Shown: positions 47,295 to 57,940 of the stretch, one piece after another
Layout of the letters: each line of letters opens with the position of its first letter
Numbering within the stretch: position 1 is the first letter of the stretch
Source of the DNA: an uncultured Verrucomicrobiae bacterium
GTDB taxonomy: Bacteria; Chlamydiota; Chlamydiia; Chlamydiales; Rhabdochlamydiaceae
Reading direction: 5' to 3'
DNA: 64,000 nt
Assembly: GCA_963731265.1 (NCBI GenBank)
Contig: CAVSUE010000002.1
Span: 96,001 to 160,000 of the forward strand
Program-made: the position numbers and the translations under genes
Notes under the pieces: model-generated
Told to the model about the DNA's origin: nothing
The model's database searches: none
The model's input: the letters and a program-made list of their open reading frames with translations, nothing else

Positions 47295-47460
47295 TATTCC
47301 CGAAGGTTCGTTTTCTTTATTCTTTCTGAATTTGCCAATAAGCTCGACTGCTTTGTTTAACTCAGTGTTTCGATATTTTTTGAGCGTCTTAGATTCCCGT
47401 TTTTTTAAAGCTCTTGAGTTGTTATAATTATCGCCTCAAATTGACCAAGGAGTGAAAAAT

Positions 47461-48384
47461 ATGGCTGCTCAAGCGACAGGATGGCTCTCAACGCGAAAAG
47501 GGTTTACGGAGACGATCTTGCAGCTTCCAAGCACCAACGTGGCTGCGCGTGTCTATCAGCCGCTTAAACGGCCCTATGCTTACAGCATAGACTGCTTTGC
47601 GGTCATGATCGATTATTTCTTCGAAGAGGTGCAATCCACTGCGCAAGAGAAAGCCCTAAACTCGGAAATGGTCGGTCTCAATTTTGAGACGACGAAAACC
47701 CGATTTGCGCATTACGTCAATCTGATTAAATGCAGCGAAAAGTTCTTTCCCAAACCCGAAGAAAAAGTTCGCTTTGGATTGACTCATGAAGAGCAAATCG
47801 AGTGTCTCCAAAAGGCCAAAGAGGTCGCTTTAAAGTGGTTTGAAGGGAAAAGCACGGTGAACTTCAATGGGAATAAATATTGGATGGCCCCCACAAAGCC
47901 GCTTTTGGATAAAACATGCCATCTCGATCCTGAAATGATGCGCTTCTTTTATAAAGAATTTAATCTGAGGTCCAGCAAAGATCCCCTCTCTTTTTCCAAG
48001 GCCGATCGGGAGGCTTTTGGGTTTACAGAAGACCAAAAACTCATCGATCCGACCAAGATGAGCTGCTTTGTTTTCGCTTTCATGAGAGGTCGCGAGATGC
48101 GCGTTAAGGAATATTTGCTTGAAGACAAGAAATTTCCCCACGATATTACGCGCGTTTTAACATCTTGGGGGTATAAGCCCGTGGAAGGCGATCCGCAAGA
48201 AAACGATCTTGTTGAATACATCAATGCTAGAGGAGAATCAGGCCATCTCGGGCGTCTTCTCGCCTCAGGACAGGTAGAATCGAAACTCGGTAACAATCAT
48301 CCCCGCTACCACTGGCACAATGTTGCCGATGTCTCTCCCCTCCATGGGGATCGCTGGGTCTTCTGGCGGCGCGCAGCGGACTAG
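47461..48384 (+). CDS. Hypothetical protein with a C-terminal papain/NlpC-like Cys-His domain
   Basis: SCFVFAF ... DLVEY ... GHLG ... VESKLG ... H ... HG..VFWR; start 47452 or 47461. Confidence 0.6.
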   Translation: MAAQATGWLSTRKGFTETILQLPSTNVAARVYQPLKRPYAYSIDCFAVMIDYFFEEVQSTAQEKALNSEMVGLNFETTKTRFAHYVNLIKCSEKFFPKPEEKVRFGLTHEEQIECLQKAKEVALKWFEGKSTVNFNGNKYWMAPTKPLLDKTCHLDPEMMRFFYKEFNLRSSKDPLSFSKADREAFGFTEDQKLIDPTKMSCFVFAFMRGREMRVKEYLLEDKKFPHDITRVLTSWGYKPVEGDPQENDLVEYINARGESGHLGRLLASGQVESKLGNNHPRYHWHNVADVSPLHGDRWVFWRRAAD

Positions 48385-48470
48385 CAGACAGCAGTGAAAG
48401 ATCGGTCAAGCCCAGTAGCTTATACCCATCGCAGCTCAAATATGAAGTTATTTACTGGGATTGTTATTAG

Positions 48471-50612
48471 TTAGTTTTTCGTTCTTTCGTAGAATTCTTT
48501 CATTTCTGCAAATACTTCTGATCTCGGACCAAAAAACGTGGGGCAGGGCGGCAAGCTTTTCAGGAACTGTTTCCCATAATTTTTTTTTACAATGCGATGA
48601 TCGAGGCATACGACGCATCCTCTGTCGTCATTTTTACGCATCAGACGGCCAAACCCCTGTTTAAATTTGATCACGGCCTGGGGAACGGAATAATCCATAA
48701 ACGGATCTAACCCTTCTTCTTCTAGAGATTGCGCGTATGCTTCGTAAAGAGGATCGCTGGGGACGGAAAAAGGCAGTTTAGCGATGACTACGCATCGCAA
48801 AGCTTCACCTGGGACATCGACACCTTCCCAAAATGAGTCGGTAGCGAAAAGAACACTGCCTTCTCTTTTTTTAAACTGCTCGAGAAGAAGATGCCGAGGG
48901 AGATCGCCTTGCTTTAAAAATGGGAAGCGCTGGGCCAATGAGGTTTCCGAGAGAGAGCGATAACAGTTCTGAAGCATTTCATAAGAGGTGAAGAGAAGAA
49001 AGGCGCTTCCGCGACTTATTTCGACAATTTCCGAGATGGCTTTTATGCAAGCGTTCAAAAAATCCGGGCTAGAAGGCAGAGGAAGATCGGTAGGAACGAG
49101 AAATAGAGAGCGGTCTGCATAATTGAAAGGGGAATCGTAAATCTCTTCCTTCAACTTTGTTTCCAAAGCGGAAAGGCCAAGTCGCGACTTGATAAATTGA
49201 AAGGAGCGGGCAGTGGCCATCGTCGCGCTGCACAAAACCGATGTGAGCAAAGAGGAAAAAAGATGTTCATTGAGAAACTGGGAAATATCGAGGGCTGCTT
49301 CGACGAGAACGCTATTGCTGCCATAGCTCTCATACCAGCGCACGTGCTTTTTTTCCTTGGTTTCATGAGTAAATTGCGTTAAAAATTCCGCTGCCTGCTC
49401 AAGCCGTAGAGCAATGGACTGCATTTCCAAAAGATGCTGACTGGATTTTTCATAAGTAGGGGTCCCTTTAAAGTCTTCAAAGTCCGACAGAACGCCCTTG
49501 AGCGCAAGAGAGAGCCGTTCGACTTGCTGGGCAAAGGATAAAAGCCCGGGTACAACGGTATTTTTCCAATAGACATTCTCAACGATGGCATCCGTGATCC
49601 TGCATTTTGTTTCCTTTTTTTTGTGGACCTTGTCCTCAAAAAAATGGGCAATTTGGGAAAACACTTCTTCCATGTCTGCATGGCATGTGCGTCTAAGAGC
49701 AGGAATTTCCGTTTCCAACTTTTGCAGCAATAGAGGCCGGGCTGTGGAAAAAGAATCCAGCTCTTTTCTTAAACCCATCAGCCGTGAACGTTCGGGATGT
49801 GCATCCGAATGCAGCTTGCCGAGTAGACGCAAAAAAGCAATCCGGTCGAAACGCTGGGCGAAACTTTCGAGGGCGATCTCTTCCAGATTGTGAGCTTCGT
49901 CGATGACAAGGCGGTGATGGGGAGGTAGAATGGATTCTTGGCCAGGGTTGCGGCGCCGCTTTTCAATATCCGCAAGAAGCAAGTGATGATTGACGATGAG
50001 AAGCTGGGCATCCGCTGCTTCTTTGCGGGCTTTGAAAAAAAAGCACTGTTTGTAATGCGGGCATTGGACATGGTTGCACGATTCTGCTTCGGCGCCAACC
50101 TTTTCCCAAACGGAGGCAGAGACGGGAAATGGGGCGTCCGAGCGTGATCCGTCTTCCGTCTTTTCCGACCATTGTTCGATCGCTTCGACTTCTTTCGTCT
50201 CATCTAAGGAAAATAGCAGCGGCTGTTCTTGCAGTTCGCGAAGTTTGCGAAGACAAAGGTAATTACTCATTCCTTTGACAAGACAAGCCTTGATTTCGAC
50301 ATCCATCGTTTTGAGCAAAAAGGGAATGTCTTTAAGAAGAAGCTGTTCTTGGAGAGCTATAGTATGCGTGGCTATAACGGTCTTTTCTTGATGTTTCAAG
50401 GCCCATAAGACCGCGGGAACAAGATAGGCCAAACTCTTTCCGGTTCCCGTTCCCGCCTCGATCAAGGCGATCTGATCTTTCTCGAAAGCGTCGTGAATGC
50501 ACTCCGCCATCTCTTTTTGGCACGGTCGTTCTTCGAAGCTCGCTAGCGACCGGCTCAAAAGTCCATCTTGCGAAAAGATCAACTCGAGAAGCTGGGAATT
50601 CTTCTGCTTCAC
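48471..50612 (-). CDS. DinG/YoaA-family helicase
   Basis: EAGTGTGKSLAY, FeS cysteines, IDEAH, SATM, FWEGVDVPG and QGFGRLMR motifs. Confidence 0.94.
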   Translation of the reverse strand: MKQKNSQLLELIFSQDGLLSRSLASFEERPCQKEMAECIHDAFEKDQIALIEAGTGTGKSLAYLVPAVLWALKHQEKTVIATHTIALQEQLLLKDIPFLLKTMDVEIKACLVKGMSNYLCLRKLRELQEQPLLFSLDETKEVEAIEQWSEKTEDGSRSDAPFPVSASVWEKVGAEAESCNHVQCPHYKQCFFFKARKEAADAQLLIVNHHLLLADIEKRRRNPGQESILPPHHRLVIDEAHNLEEIALESFAQRFDRIAFLRLLGKLHSDAHPERSRLMGLRKELDSFSTARPLLLQKLETEIPALRRTCHADMEEVFSQIAHFFEDKVHKKKETKCRITDAIVENVYWKNTVVPGLLSFAQQVERLSLALKGVLSDFEDFKGTPTYEKSSQHLLEMQSIALRLEQAAEFLTQFTHETKEKKHVRWYESYGSNSVLVEAALDISQFLNEHLFSSLLTSVLCSATMATARSFQFIKSRLGLSALETKLKEEIYDSPFNYADRSLFLVPTDLPLPSSPDFLNACIKAISEIVEISRGSAFLLFTSYEMLQNCYRSLSETSLAQRFPFLKQGDLPRHLLLEQFKKREGSVLFATDSFWEGVDVPGEALRCVVIAKLPFSVPSDPLYEAYAQSLEEEGLDPFMDYSVPQAVIKFKQGFGRLMRKNDDRGCVVCLDHRIVKKNYGKQFLKSLPPCPTFFGPRSEVFAEMKEFYERTKN

Positions 50613-50635
50613 AAGATCCTAAAGGGAAAGATATT

Positions 50636-52300
50636 TTATTCCTCTTCGAGCAAGTCGAGGAAGGCCTGCAATTGTTTTGCGCGTGTGGGGTGGCGCATCT
50701 TACGCAGCGCCTTGGCTTCGATCTGTCGCACACGCTCACGCGTGACTTTGAAACGAACACCGACCTCTTCCAACGTTTTGGGTTTGCCGTCAAGCAATCC
50801 AAAGCGTTCGATGAGCACAGTGCGTTCGCGATCGGTAAGGGTGGACAAAACTTCATTCATCTTGTCTTTGAGAATGGCGTAACCCGTCGCTTCAGCAGGC
50901 GATTCGATCGCCGTATCTTCGAGGAAATCCCCAAATTGGCTCTCGCCGCCATCGCCGACTTCCGCTTGCAGAGAAATCGGATGCTGCGCAATCTTGTAGA
51001 TCTCGCGGACACGCTCTGGCGTTAGACCAAGCTCGTTGGCGAGTTCTTCGGGCGTGGGCTCGCGGCCTGTCTCCATCATGAGCTTTTTCGCGCCGCGGAG
51101 AACTTTATTGATCGTCTCGATCATGTGCACAGGGATACGGATCGTGCGCGCTTGATCGGCGATCGCTCGCGTGACAGCCTGGCGGATCCACCATGTGGCG
51201 TAAGTGGAAAATTTATAGCCTCGTCGGTATTCGAATTTTTCCACAGCCTTCATGAGGCCCATGTTACCTTCTTGGATCAAGTCGAGAAAGGAAAGGCCGC
51301 GGTTGGTGTATTTTTTGGCAATGGAGATGACGAGGCGCAAGTTGGATTCCACCATTTCGCGCTTGGCTTCCTGGCTCTTGTCCATCCAGCGCTGAAGCAT
51401 GCGGACATCCTTTTTGAACTCGTCGAGAGCCCTTCCCGCAGCAAGCTCCCGTTTTGAGAGTTTCCTTTTTACGGCTAGGAGTTTGGCAGCCGCGAACTTG
51501 TTTTTTTCGGCGCGCGGACTGAGCTCCTGCATCTCTTTTTCAAGCATCAAAAAGCGGTCGTATGCCGTCTGGATGACTTCGCCGAAATCTTCGATGATAT
51601 TGTGACGGCAATGCATCCGCCTTAAATAAGCCTGCGTGCGGATGCGGCATTTTTCGATTTCTTCGGAAACCCTGACTTTGTCGATCTTTTTTGTCTCGGG
51701 ATTGTAGAGGTCGAAGAGCAGTTTTTCCAAAACCCGATCTTCCTGGCGAAGCAATTGAGAGAGCTTCGGCAGCATGGCAAAATAAAGATTTTTATCGGGG
51801 ACCTCTTTTTCGGCGATGATCTTATCGAAACGCTCTTTACCCGTGATCAGGTAATTGGCGATCGAAATGGCTTCTCGCGTCGAATAGCGGAAGCGCATAA
51901 TGATCTTTTCGATTTGAATTTGAGCCTTTTCAATCCTTTTGGAAATCTCGACTTCTTCCTCACGCGTGAGCAGAGGGACGGACCCCATTTCTTTGAGATA
52001 CATCCTGACCGGATCGTCGGACGTGCCTTCGGGCCGCTTGGCGAGCCCTTCAAGCTCTTTTGCTTCTTTTTTCCGTTCTTTTTGCCGCTCGACCTCCGCT
52101 TGATTCAATACCTGGATGTCCATTCCACTCAAAAAGATCAAAACTTGATCGATTTGCTCAGCGGAGTCAAAGGTCATCGGCAAAATTTCGTTGATCTCTT
52201 CGTAGGTAATATACCCTTGCTCTTTCGCAATGGCGACAAGCTCTTCGACTTTTTGCTGATGCTGTTGACTGAATAGGTTGCTAAAGGTCCCTTTTGCCAT
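50636..52300 (-). CDS. rpoD: Primary sigma factor (sigma66/RpoD)
   Basis: [36 protein letters not shown] and TRERVRQIE motifs. Confidence 0.98.
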   Translation of the reverse strand: MAKGTFSNLFSQQHQQKVEELVAIAKEQGYITYEEINEILPMTFDSAEQIDQVLIFLSGMDIQVLNQAEVERQKERKKEAKELEGLAKRPEGTSDDPVRMYLKEMGSVPLLTREEEVEISKRIEKAQIQIEKIIMRFRYSTREAISIANYLITGKERFDKIIAEKEVPDKNLYFAMLPKLSQLLRQEDRVLEKLLFDLYNPETKKIDKVRVSEEIEKCRIRTQAYLRRMHCRHNIIEDFGEVIQTAYDRFLMLEKEMQELSPRAEKNKFAAAKLLAVKRKLSKRELAAGRALDEFKKDVRMLQRWMDKSQEAKREMVESNLRLVISIAKKYTNRGLSFLDLIQEGNMGLMKAVEKFEYRRGYKFSTYATWWIRQAVTRAIADQARTIRIPVHMIETINKVLRGAKKLMMETGREPTPEELANELGLTPERVREIYKIAQHPISLQAEVGDGGESQFGDFLEDTAIESPAEATGYAILKDKMNEVLSTLTDRERTVLIERFGLLDGKPKTLEEVGVRFKVTRERVRQIEAKALRKMRHPTRAKQLQAFLDLLEEE

Positions 52301-52464
52301 TTTATTTCCGATGTAATTGAGAAGGTATTGTCAAATTCTTAAAATAATGAAATTTTTAAATTTGACGAATGCCCAAACCTGCAAATTTTGGGGGGAATTT
52401 TTCTTATTGTCAAGCTGATCTCTATATATTAACGTAAGAGTAAATATTTAAGAATTAAAAAACA

Positions 52465-53325
52465 ATGCAACTTTACGCCTTAGATAGCACTGCCGCCCCC
52501 GTGATGGCCAGCAATGCCGAGAAGGGAAAAGATTATCTATGCCCGGAATGCCAAGCCTTGGTTCGCGTCCGAAGCGGCCCCTCCCGTCAAATTCATTTTT
52601 ACCATTTGGCCCTTCCCTCAAAATGTCGGCAGCATGAAAAAAGCCAGGAGCATATTCAGCTCCAATTGAAACTCTTAGAGCTTTTCGGAGACACGGATGC
52701 ACAGATCGAATGCCCCTTTCCGGCCATTAAACGGATCGCCGACTTTGCCTGCCATGCAAAGAAAATGATCTTTGAAATTCAATGTTCGCCGATTTCTCTT
52801 GAAGAGGTCCAATGCCGCATTCTCGATTACAATGCGATGGGCTATGAGGTTGTCTGGATCTTGCATGAAAGGCGGTTCAACCGAAAAAATCTTTCTGCCG
52901 CCGAGCACTTTCTTCGCGAAAGTCCTTGCTACTTCACTAATATCGATAAAGCAGGGCTCGGAGTTGTCTACGATCAGTTCGATATCATCAAAAAATACAA
53001 ACGCGTCTTTAAGGGACCTCCCCTAACGGTATCTCTCGATAAATTCACAAGACTGCCTTTGATGTCTCCGCCAGAAGCATCTTTGCCGCTGCCGGTTAAA
53101 AGCCGTTTTACAAAATGGAAGTGCTATATGGAAGGGGACCTTCTCCATCGCCTATTAAAAGAAGGAAAATTATCGGATTCCGCAAAAAAATTGATGGCCA
53201 TAGAGTCCCAAATTTTAGAAGGGGGAAAAAAACCGGCACCAAAACTCCCCGTGAAACAGCTAGTCGCAAACAGCTATCGTTCAGTTCTCGATTACTTGCT
53301 CAAAAAGCTAACACGTGCTCCGTAA
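52465..53325 (+). CDS. CoiA-family protein (Zn ribbon plus PD-(D/E)xK-like nuclease)
   Basis: YLCPEC...HFYH, EHIQLQ, RIADF..FEIQCS motifs. Confidence 0.82.
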   Translation: MQLYALDSTAAPVMASNAEKGKDYLCPECQALVRVRSGPSRQIHFYHLALPSKCRQHEKSQEHIQLQLKLLELFGDTDAQIECPFPAIKRIADFACHAKKMIFEIQCSPISLEEVQCRILDYNAMGYEVVWILHERRFNRKNLSAAEHFLRESPCYFTNIDKAGLGVVYDQFDIIKKYKRVFKGPPLTVSLDKFTRLPLMSPPEASLPLPVKSRFTKWKCYMEGDLLHRLLKEGKLSDSAKKLMAIESQILEGGKKPAPKLPVKQLVANSYRSVLDYLLKKLTRAP

Positions 53326-53704
53326 CAAAAATGTATGGAATAATCTCTGCGTGTTACCAAGCCTACGCCCATCGATTCAAATAATTTTTTAATTGCTCGA
53401 TTCTTTTATTCCACCGGCCCGTCATAAAATTCCATCCTTCATGCTACCCGCGCCCTTGATTTTCTGGGGGTTAGCTCTCTCATATTTAAAATATTTTTTT
53501 GTCATAATGGCATTTCTATTCTGCCCTAACAGATTTAATTTTTTTAATGAAATTAATTAATATTTTTAATATAATTAACGACAGTATTTAAATTAAAATA
53601 TAACAATTAACATAGAAATAAGAACCCCATCAAAACAGCCTAACAAAAAAAACGCGGAATTATAAAGCTAAAAATTAAAAAAAATAAAACACAGGAAAAT
53701 AATT

Positions 53705-55747
53705 ATGACGCAGATTACAACAACTCATTCAACAAACTATGCACCCATTATACCACAGGATGCACCCATTTTGCAGATGCCTACCGATATAGTCACCCAA
53801 ATGTTAACGCATTCGAGCGGCCAGGAAATCGGAAGAAGTGCTCAAGTTTGCAAACAATGGCATCAGATGGTCAGTGATTCCGATTGGCGGTTATTCTTAT
53901 CTCATCATTTTCCAACTTTTGACTCAAGCGCCATTCAGAATTGTAAGGAGGCTTACCAAGCGCAGTTCAAACTTGATTCAAACTTTGCAAACGGAGTGTT
54001 TGCTTCTCATACGCTTCAAGGCCATCAGAGCTGGGTTAACTGCCTTGCCTTTGCTCAAGGAAAGCTCATTTCAGGCTCTGAAGACAATACCATCAAAATC
54101 TGGAATTTAGAAACAGGCGCCTGCACACATACCCTTCAAGGGCATCAGGACACGGTTCGCTCCCTTGCCTTTGCTCAAGGAAAGCTCATTTCAGGCTCTG
54201 ATGACAATACCATCAAAATCTGGAATTTAGAAACAGGCGCCTGCACACATACCTTTCAAGGGCATCAGGACACGGTTCGCTCCCTTGCCTTTGCTCAAGG
54301 AAAGCTCATTTCAGGCTCTGATGACAATACCATCAAAATCTGGAATTTAGAAACAGGCGCCTGCACACATACCTTTCAAGGGCATCAGGACACGGTTCGC
54401 TCCCTTGCCTTTGCTCAAGGAAAGCTCATCTCAGGCTCTTTTGACCACACCATCAAAATCTGGGATTTAGAAACAGGCGGCTGCACACATACCCTTCAAG
54501 GGCATCAGGGCGGGGTTACCTCGTTCACCTTTGCTCAAGGAAAGCTAATTTCAGGTTCCGCTGACAAGACCATCAAAGTCTGGGATTTAGAAACGGGCGC
54601 CTGCACACAAAACCTTCACGGGCATCAGGGCTCGGTTCGCTGTGTTGCCCTTGCTCAAGGAAAGCTCATTTCAGGCTCTTGTGACAACACCATCAAAATC
54701 TGGGATTTAGAAACGGGCGCCTGCACACAAACCCTTCAAGGCCATCAGAGCTGGGTTCTCTGCTTTGCCTTTGCTCAAGGAAAGCTCATTTCAAGTTCTT
54801 TGGACAGCACCACCAAAATCTGGGATTTTACAGCGGATCACCGGATGGTCTTTGAAGATATCGTCGAACTGTTAAAAAGAGAAAATCCAAAATGGGTTAG
54901 CGATGCCCTTGAACGGTTCTCAAGAATGCCACGAGCTGCAAAAAATGCGATCTACGGAAAGCTCTATGAAATTTGCAAGCCTTTTGTAAATGACTATTGG
55001 GGATGCGCTGAACAGGCTTTCTTCGATCAACAAGGACAAAGCTCATCGCCTACTCAAAAAGCTGAAGCCATCGGAGAATATTTGGATGATCTCCCTCCAA
55101 AAAATCATCCTCTATTGCTAGCTCATCTTGGGATCCAAATCGAAAAAGAATATCTAGAAAAACTCAAATGCCGCTCGGAACATTTACAAAAAATTGGAAT
55201 TTTCTCAGCGGAGGACATAAAACTCATTTGCTCTCCTTCTCCTCACGTTGCGACATTGGAGACCGTGGAAGTTCTACAAGTCGAAGAGAATTTTAGAGAG
55301 AACAGTGTGAAAGCAGAGGCGGATCGCCGAAAGGAAAAACTCGAGAAATTTACGGAAGAACTCACTCAAATCGTCGAGAATAAGATTCAAGAGACGAACA
55401 CATGCGGCGTGCTTCTTTACGAAGGGACATGTCCTTGGGTAGCTTTTCAACAAAAATTAAACATCTTTCAAGGAAAACTCAAGAGGATTGCCGAGGAATC
55501 TGATACGCCGAAAACTAAAGTCGAAGCCTTTAATTCTACAAATTACAACCAGCTAATTGGTGAATTGAATGCCTTCGTTGAAGATTTTTCTGGATTGGAT
55601 CGCGATCATCAGATTGCTAGATTGTCTGCCTATATCAATCAATGGGGAATTTTGAAGGCGTGGAACACCCTTAGATCGGGAGGAGTGTATTCCTTATCGG
55701 CTCTCTCAGAATCTCAACTGAAAAACCTCTTTCAAATGGGAGAATAG
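53705..55747 (+). CDS. F-box/WD40-repeat protein, copy 1
   Basis: F-box (ILQMPTDIV..ML....EIGRSAQVCKQW); 7 GH...WD repeats of 40 aa; helical C-terminal region. Confidence 0.92.
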   Translation: MTQITTTHSTNYAPIIPQDAPILQMPTDIVTQMLTHSSGQEIGRSAQVCKQWHQMVSDSDWRLFLSHHFPTFDSSAIQNCKEAYQAQFKLDSNFANGVFASHTLQGHQSWVNCLAFAQGKLISGSEDNTIKIWNLETGACTHTLQGHQDTVRSLAFAQGKLISGSDDNTIKIWNLETGACTHTFQGHQDTVRSLAFAQGKLISGSDDNTIKIWNLETGACTHTFQGHQDTVRSLAFAQGKLISGSFDHTIKIWDLETGGCTHTLQGHQGGVTSFTFAQGKLISGSADKTIKVWDLETGACTQNLHGHQGSVRCVALAQGKLISGSCDNTIKIWDLETGACTQTLQGHQSWVLCFAFAQGKLISSSLDSTTKIWDFTADHRMVFEDIVELLKRENPKWVSDALERFSRMPRAAKNAIYGKLYEICKPFVNDYWGCAEQAFFDQQGQSSSPTQKAEAIGEYLDDLPPKNHPLLLAHLGIQIEKEYLEKLKCRSEHLQKIGIFSAEDIKLICSPSPHVATLETVEVLQVEENFRENSVKAEADRRKEKLEKFTEELTQIVENKIQETNTCGVLLYEGTCPWVAFQQKLNIFQGKLKRIAEESDTPKTKVEAFNSTNYNQLIGELNAFVEDFSGLDRDHQIARLSAYINQWGILKAWNTLRSGGVYSLSALSESQLKNLFQMGE

Positions 55748-55814
55748 AAGTTGGAAACCCAGAAGACGTGGAATTAGCTAAAAAAAAAATACATTATTTA
55801 ATCAGGAAATAATT

Positions 55815-57857
55815 ATGACGCAGATTACAACAACTCATTCAACAAACTTTGCGCCCCTTATAGCGCAGGATGCACCCATTTTGCAGATGTCTACCGATAT
55901 AGTCGGCCAAATGTTGGCGCAATCGAGCGGCCGGGAAATCGGAAGAAGTGCTCAAGTTTGCAAACAATGGCATCAGATGGTCAATGATTCCGATTGGCGG
56001 TTATTCTTATCTCATCATTTTCCAACTTTTGACTCGAGCGCCATTCAGAATTGCAAGGAGGCTTACCAAGCGCAGTTCAAACTTTATTCAAACCTTGCAA
56101 ACGGGGTGTTTGCTTCCCATACCCTTCAAGGGCATCAGAGCATGGTTCGCTCCGTTGCCTTTGCTGAAGGAAAGCTCATTTCAGGCTCTCATGACAGCAC
56201 CATCAAAATCTGGGATTTAGAAACGGGCGCCTGCACACAAACCCTTCAAGGCCATCAGGACGGGGTTTTCTGCCTTGCCTTAGCTGAAGGAAAGCTCATT
56301 TCAGGCTCTCATGACAAGACCATCAAAATCTGGGATTTAGAAACGGGCGCCTGCACACAAACCCTTCACGGGCATCAGAGCACGGTTTACTCCCTTGCCT
56401 CGGCTCAAGGAAAGCTCATTTCAGGCTCTGGTGACAGGACCATCAAAATCTGGGATTTAAAAACAGGCACCTGCACACAAACCCTTCAAGGGCATCAGAA
56501 AGGGGTTCGCTCCGTTGTCTTTGCTCAAGGAAAGCTCATTTCAGGCTCTTATGACACCACCATCAAAATCTGGGATTTAGAAACAGGCACCTGCACGCAA
56601 ACCCTTCAAGGGCATGAGGGCTGGGTTGGCCCCCTTGCCTTGGCTCAAGGAAAACTCATTTCAGGCTCTCATGACAAGACCATCAAAATCTGGGATTTAG
56701 AAACGGGCGCCTGCACACAAACCCTCCAAGGGCATCAAAACCAGGTTCGCTCCGTTGCCTTTGCTCAAGGAAAGCTCATTTCAGGCTCTTGTGACAACAC
56801 CATCAAAATCTGGGATTTAGAAACGGGCGCCTGCACACAAACCCTTCAAGGACATCAGGAGGCGGTTCACTGCCTTGCCTTTGCTCAAGGAAAGCTCATT
56901 TCGGGCTCTTGTGACAGCACCATCAAAATCTGGGATTTTACAGCGGATCACGATAGGGTCTTTCAAGAGATTGCCGAATTTTTTAAAAGCGAGGATGAAG
57001 AATTGGTTGCGGATGCCCTTCAACGGTTTTCAAGAATGCCTCGAGCAGCAAAAAATGCGATCTACGGGAAGCTCTATGAAATTTGCAAGCCTTTTGTAAA
57101 TGACTATTGGGGATGCGCTGAACATGCTTTCTTCGATCAACAACGACAAAGCTCATCGCCTACTCAAAAGGCTGAAGCAATCACAAAATATTTGGATGAT
57201 CTCCCTCCAAAAAATCATCCTCTATTGCTGGCTCATCTTGGAATCCAAATCGAAAAAGAATATCTAGAAAAACTCAAATGCCGCTCGGAACATTTACAAA
57301 AAATAGGAATTTTCTCAGCTGAGGACATAAAACTCATTTGCTCTCCTTCTCCTCACGTTCCCCCATTGGAGACCGTGGAAGTTCTACAAGTCGAAGAAAA
57401 TTTTAGAGAGAACAATGTGAAAGCAGAGGCGGATCGCCGAAAGGAAAAACTCGAGAAATTTACGGAAGAACTCACTCAAATCGTCGAGAATAAGATTCAA
57501 GAGACGAACACATGCGGCGTGCTTCTTTACGAAGGGACATGTCCTTGGGTAGCTTTTCAACAAAAATTAAACATCTTTCAAGGAAAACTCAAGAGGATTG
57601 CCGAGGAATCTGATACGCCGAAAACGAAAGTCGAAGCCTTTAATTCTACAAATTACAATCAGCTAATTGGTGAATTGAATGCATTGCTTGAAGATTTTTC
57701 TGCATTGGATCGGGATGATCAGATTGCTAGATTGTCTGCCTATATCAATCAATGGGGAATTTTGAAGGCGTGGAACACCCTTAAATCAGGTGGAGTGCAC
57801 TCCTTATCGGCGCTCTCCGAATCTCAACTGAAAAATCTCTTTCAAATGGGAGAGTAG
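55815..57857 (+). CDS. F-box/WD40-repeat protein, copy 2
   Basis: Same 680-aa architecture as copy 1. Confidence 0.92.
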   Translation: MTQITTTHSTNFAPLIAQDAPILQMSTDIVGQMLAQSSGREIGRSAQVCKQWHQMVNDSDWRLFLSHHFPTFDSSAIQNCKEAYQAQFKLYSNLANGVFASHTLQGHQSMVRSVAFAEGKLISGSHDSTIKIWDLETGACTQTLQGHQDGVFCLALAEGKLISGSHDKTIKIWDLETGACTQTLHGHQSTVYSLASAQGKLISGSGDRTIKIWDLKTGTCTQTLQGHQKGVRSVVFAQGKLISGSYDTTIKIWDLETGTCTQTLQGHEGWVGPLALAQGKLISGSHDKTIKIWDLETGACTQTLQGHQNQVRSVAFAQGKLISGSCDNTIKIWDLETGACTQTLQGHQEAVHCLAFAQGKLISGSCDSTIKIWDFTADHDRVFQEIAEFFKSEDEELVADALQRFSRMPRAAKNAIYGKLYEICKPFVNDYWGCAEHAFFDQQRQSSSPTQKAEAITKYLDDLPPKNHPLLLAHLGIQIEKEYLEKLKCRSEHLQKIGIFSAEDIKLICSPSPHVPPLETVEVLQVEENFRENNVKAEADRRKEKLEKFTEELTQIVENKIQETNTCGVLLYEGTCPWVAFQQKLNIFQGKLKRIAEESDTPKTKVEAFNSTNYNQLIGELNALLEDFSALDRDDQIARLSAYINQWGILKAWNTLKSGGVHSLSALSESQLKNLFQMGE

Positions 57858-57940
57858 AGTTGGAAACCCAGAATACGCGGATTTATTATGATAAACAAAA
57901 TTTTATTAATTAATAAAAAGTAAACCACAGGAAAATAATT

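Noticed and set aside
47222..48470. Integrative element at tRNA-Ala
   Set aside because: No integrase and no duplicated tRNA 3' end found
50672..52276. Long antisense ORFs over rpoD (and similarly over gspE, the GT4 gene and the aminotransferase)
   Set aside because: Typical antisense shadows of conserved genes, with no recognisable motifs
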